Shown: in pieces, positions 52,920 to 64,000 of the stretch
Layout of the letters: each line of letters starts with the position of its first letter
Numbering within the stretch: the first letter of the stretch is position 1
NCBI RefSeq assembly: GCF_006345805.1
Contig: NC_043004.1
Coordinates: forward strand, 8,866,001 to 8,930,000
Length of the DNA: 64,000 nt
Direction: 5' to 3'
Source: Octopus sinensis
Taxonomy: Eukaryota
Notes under the pieces: generated by a model
What the model saw: only the letters and a program-made list of their open reading frames with translations
Databases searched by the model: none
Told to the model about the DNA's origin: nothing
Translations under genes and position numbers: made by a program

Positions 52920-53798
52920 ATTTGTATATGTGCGTGGGGTGTATGTGTGTGTGTATTTATCAATGTATAAATATATTGATATTATACTGATGTGTATACA
53001 ATCATTCACTCGCCTGTTATATACTCATTCATACACGTTTATACAAATTCAAAGACTCAGTCACATACCATAATCGCAGCGAATATATACACACAAAGAC
53101 AAATACATATACAAAGCTATACGCATATATTTGCATACATCTTTACGCTTCGACCACTAACTCTGCCTGACACCTTTCTCCCTCCCCCTCTCTCATTTCA
53201 TTACTGTTTCCCCGTATTTTCCTTTTCTTCTCTTATGTTATTTACCCATTGAGGTGATTCCTACATGTTTGCCCCACTCGCCACCCTCCAACTATTTTTC
53301 ACGCTACAAATATAATTACTTTGCTAGCAGAGAAAATACTGGCGCGGAGCTGCTTTTTAGACGATTTGTAGAGTTTGTTAAGGAACCAGTGCACGCCTTG
53401 CGTTCGCTCGGTCTATTTTGTGTTACGCAGTCACCAAATACTTTGCGAACTCTCGGCATCGAAAACGTTTTGATCTTATCTATTACCGAGAAACCAGCAT
53501 TTATATAGGGATCCAAATACATTTATATGTTTCCTTTCATGATATATCATCTGCGTGTGTGTGTGAGTGTGCACCTACATACATACATACATACATACAT
53601 ACATACATACATACATACATACATACATACACACATACATACATACATACATACATACATACATACATACATACATACACACATACATACATGCATGCAT
53701 ACATGCATGCATACATACATACATACATACATACATACATACATACATACATACATACATACATACGTACGTACGTACATACATACATTTATACATGC

Positions 53799-53836
<38 letters not shown>

Positions 53837-53918
53837 GATATACACTCTTTTTTTTTACTTGTTTCAGTCATCGGTTGTCAAGCGATGTTGGGGGACAAAC
53901 ATAGACACACAAACATAT

Positions 53919-54008
<90 letters not shown>

Positions 54009-54172
54009 TACGACGGGCTTCTTTCAGTTTCCTCTACCAAATCCACTCACAAGACATTGGTCGGCCTGAGGCTATAGTAGAAGACACTTGCCCAAGGTGC
54101 CACGCAGTGGGACTGAACCCGGAACTATGTGGTTCGTAATCAAGCTACTTACCACACAGCCACTCCTACACA

Positions 54173-54260
<88 letters not shown>

Positions 54261-55190
54261 ATATATATATATTATATATATATATATATTATATATATAT
54301 ATATACCTATTTGTATATGTGCGTGGGGTGTATGTGTGTGTGTATTTATCAATGTATAAATATATTGATATTATACTGATGTGTATACATCATTCACTCG
54401 CCTGTTATATACTCATTCATACACGTTTATACAAATTCAAAGACTCAGTCACATACCATAATCGCAGCGAATATATACACACAAAGACAAATACATATAC
54501 AAAGCTATACGCATATATTTGCATACATCTTTACGCTTCGACCACTAACTCTGCCTGACACCTTTCTCCCTCCCCCTCTCTCATTTCATTACTGTTTCCC
54601 CGTATTTTCCTTTTCTTCTCTTATGTTATTTACCCCTTGAGGTGATTCCTACATGTTTGCCCCACTCGCCACCCTCCAACTATTTTTCACGCTACAAATA
54701 TAATTACTTGCTAGCAGAGAAAATACTGGCGCGGAGCTGCTTTTTAGACGATTTGTAGAGTTTGTTAAGGAACCACTGCACGCCTGCGTTCGCTCGGTCT
54801 ATTTTGTGTTACGCAGTCACCAAATACTTTGCGAACTCTCGGCATCGAAAACGTTTTGATCTTATCTATTACCGAGAAACCAGCATTTATATAGGATCCA
54901 AATACATTTATATGTTTCCTTTCATGATATATCATCTGCGTGTGGTGTGAGTGTGCACCTACATACATACATACATACATACATACATACATACATACAT
55001 ACATACATACATACACACATACATACATACATACATACATACATACATACATACATACATACACACATACATACATGCATGCATACATGCATGCATACAT
55101 ACATACATACATACATACATACATACATACATACATACATACATACATACGTACGTACGTACATACATACATTTATACATGCATATATAT
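52431..55190. repeat. 1.41-kb tandem duplication (SINE A + unique sequence + (TACA)n)
   Basis: Unit starts at 52431 and 53842; near-identical; breakpoints lie in (TA)n tracts. Confidence 0.92.
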
Positions 55191-55199
55191 AATAAATAT

Positions 55200-55251
<52 letters not shown>

Positions 55252-55646
55252 ATATATATATGCGTATATACACGTATATAAACATACTTCACACACACAG
55301 GTATATGTACACATATTTGTTTTGAAGTGACCAGGGCGTCTGTACAGTTCAGTGAATCGAAAGATGCAGCAAAAATTTGCTTCAGTGACCACTGGACATT
55401 ACATGTGTTTTGACTTTGGTCTCAGTTACGTATGCATATGAACACGCACATAACACACACACACAAATATATGCGTATATGCGTGTGCTTGTGTGTGTGT
55501 GCATGTATACGTGAGTATGTATTGTTGCGTCTTTCTGATTAGACGAAAGTGTTGGACAAACGTCCAAGATACGTCAGGGAAGAGCCTTGGGCGATTGATT
55601 GTGTAGACACGGCATGATTGTAGAAAGCAAGTTTGGGATTGTGGGC

Positions 55647-55677
<31 letters not shown>

Positions 55678-56026
55678 TGTGTATGAGAGAGAGAGAGAGA
55701 GAGTGAGAGAGAGTGAGAGAAGAGAAAGAGAGGAAGACAGAGGTATTTACAGGTAGTTTAGGTATATATGAAAACATATACACACACGGACACGCGTACA
55801 CAGATATATATGAACACTTATTCACTTGTAGGTGTAATGTCTTTCCCTCATTCTCGTTACACCGCACAAGGCGATCATATATATATATACATATATGTAT
55901 GTATATGTATATATATATGCATGTGTGTATGTGTCTGTGTATTTCTATATAGCGTATTGTTCCTTGATGGTAAGATCAATAAAAGAGTACTCCACCTGGT
56001 GAGAGATAAATATTGCATTTAACATA

Positions 56027-57568
56027 CAGTGGGGGGAAATAAATATTCGCACATGTCAAATTCTTCATTTAATTTCTAATGAACATAAATGGGATATACC
56101 AATACTATATTTGCATATACATGCATAAACTAAGAATATGCAAAAGTCACTAATAAATTATAGTAACTAAGGAATTTATATACAATTATAAATATTTAGG
56201 GGTGAAAAAAGTATTTGTACAGAATAAATTTATGATTTTCTATGCCCCCAAATACTGTTAAAGTAATTTTTTTTACTAGAACTTTCTCGTTTGTTCCAGT
56301 TGTCATTTTTAAGTGTCAAAACGCTAGCTTCTTCATTCAGCTTTGAGACAGCATAAAGTAGTATCGTAATAATGGCGAAAAGTAAAGAACTCACAAATTC
56401 AGTGAAAAACTTAATTATTGAACAGTGGAAAGCAGGTAAAAGTTACAGGAAAATATCAGTATTCCATTTTCTACCATATGTTCATTTATTCACAGATATA
56501 AAAATCGGGAACTGCTGAAAACAGAATAAGATCCGGTGCACTAACGCAAGATTTCCCCTAGATCTTTAAGAAAAACGAAGCGAAGAATCGGAAAAAACGC
56601 AATGATCACCAGAAAGGAGTTGCAAGAAGATTTGTTAGCTTCAGGGACTAGTGTTACACTACGAACAATCAGCAATGAATTTCATAGGAATGAACTGAAA
56701 TCACGCTCTCCTAGAAAAACTCCGCTGTTGACTAAAAGGCATAGAGATGCCCGTTTAAAATTTGTTTATGAACATAAAGATAAATCTAATACATTCTGAG
56801 AAAATGTTCTATGGACAGACGAGTCGAAAATTGAATTGTTTGGAGCCATGTTCGGAGGAAAGATGGTATTCGCCGAAAAACGCAATTCCTACCGTAAAGT
56901 TTGGAGGTGGCAACATCATGGTGCGGGTGTGTTTCTCTGCAAATGGTACTGGCAATTTACATGTGATAGATGGTAGAATGAATGCAGAGATATACCAAAA
57001 TATTTTGAACAATGATTTATTGGACCCTGTAGAAAAGCTCCAGCTTTGTGAAGGGTGGGTTTTACAACAGGATAACGATCCTAAGCACACGGCGAAGTCT
57101 ACCAAAAAATGGATTGTCGATCACAATATAAAATTATTAGAATGGTCAAGCCAGTCACTTGACTTGAACACCATTGAAAATTTGTGACATTATTTGAAAA
57201 TTAAAATTCAAGAGCCCCAACGTGCATTGTAGATTTGAAGAAAATTTGTCAAGAAGAATGGGAAAAAATTCCTAAAGAAACATGCGAGTCATTGATTAAG
57301 AACTACAAAAGAGATTGGTTGAAGTGGAACTGAATAATGGTTATGCTACGAAGTATTAAATCAGAATTATCAGTTATGTATGTTCTGTACGAATACTTTT
57401 TTCACCCCTAAAGATTTATAATTGAATATAAATTCCTTAGTTACTATAATTTATTAGTTTCTTTTGCATACTTTTAGTTTATGCATCTGTATGCAAATAT
57501 AGTCTTGATATATCCCATTTATGTTCATTAGAATTTTGACATGTACGAATATTTATTTTCCCCCACTG
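56027..57568 (+). mobile_element. near full-length Tc1-like (DD34E) transposon with long IR/DR-type TIRs; transposase pseudogene ~56372-57359
   Basis: TA|cagtgggggg..aaatattcg...cgaatatttattttcccccactg|TA. Motifs WTDESKIELFG, PTVKFGGGNIMV, QQDNDPKH, SQSLDLNTIENL; stops and frameshifts present. Confidence 0.93.
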
Positions 57569-57598
57569 TATATTGTGTTTATATACATACATACATTC

Positions 57599-57665
<67 letters not shown>

Positions 57666-57886
57666 CGCGTGTGTATATATATAGTTTTCGGTATCCAGGA
57701 GACCCAAAATGGCAGGTAAGGTTATATAAGTGCTACGGAAGGACTGTAGTTAAACTCTTGGTTTGATAATAGTACGAGTGAAGAGTCTAACGCAGGTCGT
57801 GTGTGAGCGTGTATATGTTGAATGAAAAGAGACAACGAAGCCAAGGCAGTGTGAAAATTTCTAGTATATTTCTAAAGAGTAAGATA

Positions 57887-57934
57887 GTCTTACAGCTGTT
57901 TCAGGGATATGAGGGATATCCCCTCATCAGAGAT
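57887..57934 (-). ncRNA. minimal type-I hammerhead ribozyme (mirror copy)
   Basis: Minus strand atct CTGATGA ggggata tccctca tatccct GAAA cagctg TA agac. Confidence 0.75.
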
Positions 57935-58137
57935 GATATGAGAGAGTTAAATAGGAGGAAATGGAAGAGTCCAATATAAGAAGTTATTTTGGAAATGGAG
58001 AGATATAGGAAGTATAAAAGAAATAAGAGAAAAAAAGTAAAAATATATGTTGGATGTTAGTTCCTATAAATCTCCATTTCCAAAATAACTTCTTATATTG
58101 AAATCTTGTATTTCCTTCTATTTAACTCTCCCGTATC

Positions 58138-58185
58138 GTCTCTGATGAAGGGATAACCCTCATATCTCTGAAACAGCTGTAAGAC
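58138..58185 (+). ncRNA. minimal type-I hammerhead ribozyme (intact core)
   Basis: gtct CTGATGA agggata accctca tatctct GAAA cagctg TA agac: 4-bp stem I, 7-bp stem II, palindromic stem III, GUA site. Confidence 0.8.
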
Positions 58186-58250
58186 AACCTTTCTCTTCAA
58201 AAATGTCCTAGGAATTTCACACTGCCTTGCCTTTGTTGTCTTATTTTATT

Positions 58251-58301
<51 letters not shown>

Positions 58302-58526
58302 AAGATATATGTGTGTGTGTGTGTATCTATCAACCTGGCAGAATCATTAGCATGCCGGGCAAATTGCTCAGCAGCATTTCGTTCGTCTTTACGCTCTGAG
58401 TTCAAGTTCCACCAAAGTCCACTTTACCTTTCATCGATAAAATATGTACTAGGTTATTACTGGGGCCTATTTCATCAACTTAAGCTCTCTCCCAAACTTG
58501 CTAGCTTTGTGCCAAAATTTGAGTCC

Positions 58527-58571
<45 letters not shown>

Positions 58572-58588
58572 TAATAATAATAATAATG

Positions 58589-58651
<63 letters not shown>

Positions 58652-59593
58652 TTAGGGAGTATAACTCAAAATTACAGGGGAAATTTCAGTTTAGTATAAA
58701 ATCAAATTTCACAATATAAATATATAATATATGAATTAGAGAAAAACCACTATTACGCAATTCAAACAATGATAGACATAAACCAAATCATAAGTAAAAA
58801 ATAAAAAATAGAATATATTTTTTAAAAACATATAACTAGATCATAAAAAGTACAAAAATGAATAAACAATATATAATAAGTAAAAAAACTACGTACGTTT
58901 CATGGCTATAATTTAAATTCGAAATACAGTTAAATTTAAATTTAATCGAAAAACAATTCAATTTGAAATTATAGTCACTCTTCAGGTTAACAATAATAAC
59001 AATAATAGTTAAATAAATAAGCAAATAGAATTAAACAATATCATGATTTTTCTTATAGAAGAAACTCCATTAATTAAATTTGAAACTTAAAACATTAGGA
59101 CCAGTTGCCTACAATACATTTATCTTGTTAAATATTTAAGGTAAAAAATAGAGTAAATAGATAGAAAAATGTATTTATCTATGAAGATATAATTTAGCTT
59201 AAAAACATTAATAAACTATAGAATATCTTTAACCTAGCTATACTCTAATATTTAATTACCAAACTATTTTACAAAACAATCACTCTTAATATTTTTAGAT
59301 TTTAGTTCGCATATAATAATTATAAAATAATAAAATTATATAAAAGTGCGTATCTAAATTATAATCAACAAATATAGTAAATAAAATCAATATATTTTCA
59401 ATCAATAAACATATAAATACATAAATAAATTACTCCATTATTACTTAAATAAATAAGTCCATTATTATTTAAATAAATATTATAGATATCATTCCGAAAA
59501 TATTTATGAAATAAAAAATAAGAAATGAAAAATTCCAAAGTAAAAAACGTATAACTTATCGTTTATAAAATTATATTCGAAAAATGTACTTAC

Positions 59594-59731
<138 letters not shown>

Positions 59732-60407
59732 ATTAATAGTACTAGAAATATAATAAGAAATCTATACTAAAACATTTTTACAATCTAAATCACAATGTGA
59801 CTAATATTTTACAATTTACGTTCAAATATAATAATTATAAAAAAATAATAATTAAATAAATGTACGTATCTAAATTATCATTAACAAATGAAAAATTAGA
59901 AATTCATATTCAACAATCATTACTTATATAGTGTACGTTAATATTTCTTAAATAAAAATGTCTACTTTTCTTTCCAAAAGGTGTATTATGTGTATTAATA
60001 TATATATATAAATTAGGTGTGGCATTCAGGATGCTAACGGGTTGCATGCGGCTACAGGGCCGAAGTTTGCGCATGATTGTCTTGTGTTGCTGTTAGAAAG
60101 AGCAGTCGAGTCTTCATGAAATCACAAGACAATAGAAGGCGAAACATTTTATTTCCGAAAAATGTAAAGAAAACTAAAGCTGGACGAGATCGACATAACT
60201 GGGAAGAAACCTTTCATTATGTGTCTGCCTCACACACACATCCACTCACACCCACACCCACATACACATACACACACACACACCACACACATACACATAT
60301 TTACGTATAGACACAGTCACTCACGTAACACACACGCGCGCGTAAATCCATATCTATGCATTTACGTAAACACACACACATATACGTATTCACATACACA
60401 AGCACAC

Positions 60408-60530
60408 GCACACGCTACACGCACACGCTACACGCACACGCTACACGCACACGCTACACGCACACGCTACACGCACACGCTACACGCACACGCTACACGC
60501 ACACATACTACACGCACACTCTACACGCAC
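60408..60530. repeat. 13-bp minisatellite (gcacacgctacac)n
   Basis: About 7 perfect plus 2 degenerate copies. Confidence 0.85.
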
Positions 60531-61007
60531 ACACACACATGCATACATATATTTATGCATATGCACACGTACACACGCATATGCATGAACACATACGCAC
60601 ACGCCTGTTATAGAGGATGGCTGTTAGGGATGAGGCACCGGAAACCTCTTTCGGAAGCTGGTTTTGGTCATCTCAGTTTGAACATCTTGTCTTGTCTGTA
60701 GAACATGGGTGTTGTGCAATGTTGCGTTTAATGAGATCAACACGACCAGTTTCCAACGGAAGGATTGCTCAGAACACCGTGGCAAAGGGACGTAACCTTG
60801 CTTTGTACTGTCTCAATTGGATTTTCATATGTGTCCGCACCGTGGGACCGTGCGACCGTGGGATCGAAAATACTTAGATATCATCACATTTAGACGCAAT
60901 GATATATATATATATATATATGCATTTAGACACACATACTCACATACACATACAATATATTTGAATTTATACATGTACAAATATATATGTACACACACAC
61001 ACACACG

Positions 61008-61039
<32 letters not shown>

Positions 61040-61126
61040 CATACACACACGCATATATATATACACACATATATATATATATATATACTTATACACTCAC
61101 ACATATGTATTGGTGTATACATATAT

Positions 61127-61166
<40 letters not shown>

Positions 61167-61418
61167 GCATATTCTTATATATATATACACACATACATAT
61201 ATTTATATATGTATATATACATATATTTTTATATTAAAAAATTTCCTTTATTTTTTCTAAATTTAATTATTTAATTGTTATAGTTGAAAAAGTCTCAATG
61301 TCTGAAACCGATACTGAAATGTTTTTTTATAAAATTATTTTAGCATTTTCTATCTTGACTTTTTCCCCATATATATGTATATATGCATATATCTATATTC
61401 ATACATCAATGCACATAT

Positions 61419-61450
<32 letters not shown>

Positions 61451-61669
61451 GTATATACACGCACAAACATGTTAATTTTGCGCATTTGTACGGGCATAGA
61501 TACATACACACACATGATAACGCCCGTATGCATACATGCATACTCACACATGCACACATATTATAGTAGCAAAGCTAGCTCTCTCGTGCAGGTTGTGCAA
61601 TACAGTGCATCCGATATACGTAGCAAAATGGTTCGTTTTACAAAGAGTTTAGTCGTGACAACATTAGGC

Positions 61670-61743
<74 letters not shown>

Positions 61744-62068
61744 TAACAACAACAACAACAACAACAGCAACAACAGCAACAACAACAACAATAATGATAA
61801 TAATAACAATAATAATAATAATAATAAATCTCTGAACGGTTCGAAAACCGGTGATTGTCGTACGCCGAAGACAGGCAAATACCTAGAAACTGCAGTCCGT
61901 GAGTATCACTTAGGTTGACGAGAGAGGGATGACCTCCCTTTTCAAATACCATAAGGGCACAGAAAGTGTGCCTAAAGCCAGCTAGTGACGATGATCTCCT
62001 GGGGCTAAAAGCTACAGTAACACCCACACTTAGTGGTTAGCCATATTGAGATGGCTAGTATACTTTAC

Positions 62069-62140
<72 letters not shown>

Positions 62141-62279
62141 GCCTTCAGATCGATGTAGCAATGATGTAGCAATAGATGACGGAGAAATTCTCAAAATAGA
62201 AGAATCTGGAAATAGGGGTAACTCGAATGTGGAGCCTAACAACAGAAACAATCTCTATAATAATAGGGGCATTAGGTGT

Positions 62280-62490
62280 AAATAGAAAACATTCAGAGAG
62301 ATCCGTAAGCAAAACACCAGGACTTACGAATGTATCTATAACATAGAGAAAATAGCACTACTAGGCAGCGCACACATCCTACGAAAAGCACTTTCAATAC
62401 AGTGAAAATAAGAGGAGCACAACAAACCACAGCACATATCCAAGGCACACAGGGCTGCACTGGGTAGTGCAGTGAAAGCACGATATAAAA
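62280..62490 (+). mobile_element. 3' end of an RLE LINE followed by (AAT)n
   Basis: NIEKIALLGSAHILRKALSIQ* plus 3' UTR. Confidence 0.7.
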
Positions 62491-62533
62491 ATAGGACTAC
62501 TGAATAATAATCGTAATAATAATAATAATAATC

Positions 62534-62600
<67 letters not shown>

Positions 62601-62629
62601 TAATGGTAAGACAAGACAATGTAGTTAGA

Positions 62630-63145
62630 TATGTCCACTGGCTGTAGTGTGGTAGAGCAAACCTCGAGAGAGCCGAACAATGGTATGAACACAAGCCAGA
62701 AGGAGTAATGGAAAACGAACATTACAAGATACTCTGGGATTTTAACATGGAGTGCGACCAAGTTATAGAGGCGACACGATCAGATATGGTGATCATCCAA
62801 AAAAATGAAAAAGAAGTAAAGTTAATAGATGTTACAGTACCAAGCGATTCGAAGGTGAAATGTAAGGAAACAAAAGATTGAGAAATACCAGCAACTGCGG
62901 GACTAGATAAGAAAGTTAAGGGGAAAGTAATGGTGATACCGGTGGTAATTGGAGCATTAAGAGCTGTTTCCAAAGGCTTTGAAAAACATAATGAGAATAT
63001 TGGAGCTGCTGTCAGGTTCGAGGTGATCCAGAAGACAGCATTGTTGGGTACAACTCACATTCTAAGGAGAGTATTGTCTCTTTGAGACACAGGAGAAGGC
63101 ACTACTTGAAACCTTTGGTGGTTTGTTATTGCCTGCTTTCAAGTA
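62630..63145 (+). pseudogene. R4/Dong-like RLE endonuclease 3' end
   Basis: WYEHKPEGVMENEHYKILWDFNMECDQVIEATRSDMVI..IDVTVP...IPVVIGAL..VIQKTALLGTTHILRRVLSL*; follows an (AAT)n tract. Confidence 0.8.
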
Positions 63146-63185
63146 TAGAATAACCGGTGATTAAGAACTATCCGAGAGTCTTTCA

Positions 63186-63232
<47 letters not shown>

Positions 63233-63274
63233 TAGTAGTAGTAGTAGTAGTAATTTGAAGAAAGAAGGAAAAAC

Positions 63275-63326
<52 letters not shown>

Positions 63327-64000
63327 TAATAATAATAAAGAATAATAATGCCCTGATGCAATTCCCGGTTTCTGATCTTAACTGATTGGAAGAGTTATGT
63401 GACATGTTTTGTGTTGATGTCAAAGATGAGCTGCAACAAATATTCTGCTCAATGCCAGAGACTTGGAGTCAATTGTTTGATCTTAACCAGTTGAGCACGT
63501 CAATTGGTGGCAGACGATATGTGCATCTCTGATCACGAGCAGAAGTAGCAGGGGTAGGGACATCATAGCTATGTGTTGAAAGGGATTCTTTAGGGTTTGA
63601 ATATTTCACTCCTGGAAACGTGGGTGTTTCGTACATTATCCTTGAACAACCCTTATTCAAAGACTTTTTCAGTGACATGGGTTCTCGACCCGAAGAAAAT
63701 TCTAACTGGGCCCCCCACCTGCATGGTCATGCGGGTTTTATTTTGATACGAGGTCACCATGTCGCACACACATGGTTGTGATGCATGTATCTGGTATACA
63801 CTTATCAAACGGATAGCCATGGTGGGTATATTGGACTTTGTATATTTGTACCTCAGTGTCAATTTGGTGCCGTGTGCTCCTCCCTCACTGAATAACAAAT
63901 AATAACAATAATAACGATAATAAGTAAATAGATAACAATATATATATATAAAGGTGGGACGTGTTAAATCTAAATGAGAATGAAATCGTATCAGGATGAC

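Larger units (their letters stand above)
57826..58243. repeat. fold-back element, ~185-bp arms and ~49-nt spacer
   Basis: 57826-58011 is the imperfect reverse complement of 58061-58243. Confidence 0.85.

Noticed and set aside
53254-53522. 84-aa and 68-aa ORFs in the duplicated unique segment
   Set aside because: Frames are not preserved in the second copy and no domain is recognisable.
60075-60135. pre-miRNA-like hairpin (attgtcttgtg/cacaagacaat)
   Set aside because: Only 11 bp of stem with a large unpaired interior.
60617-60877. 86-aa ORF in unique CpG-containing sequence
   Set aside because: No recognisable domain and no convincing splice sites.

Overview
This is an AT-rich, microsatellite-dense eukaryotic window. 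The SINE and LINE families look like those of Octopus (coleoid cephalopod); that assignment is an inference, not a database result. The only host gene I can support is the 3' end of a ZNG1/CBWD1 (COG0523 CobW_C-domain GTPase) orthologue. It has four spliced + strand exons at 712-772, 1566-1700, 2896-3022 and 4330-4397 with consistent phases, and the ORF track does not resolve it. The rest is transposon debris: two SINE families, an RTE LINE, several R4/Dong-like and one Hero-like RLE LINE relics, a 5'-truncated Ty3/Gypsy element, and Tc1, mariner and DD37D transposons and MITEs. The most unusual structures are three. (i) Several minimal type-I hammerhead ribozyme motifs sit in fold-back (inverted-repeat) elements of Penelope-like character. 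(ii) A 6.7-copy, near-identical ~544-bp tandem array has a unit junction that folds into a hammerhead-like three-way junction, a candidate retrozyme-like rolling-circle product. (iii) The Gypsy insertion is flanked by a 68-bp target duplication inside a small hairpin. Most ORFs in the track are microsatellite or antisense artefacts. Coordinates were counted by hand, so TE boundaries are approximate.
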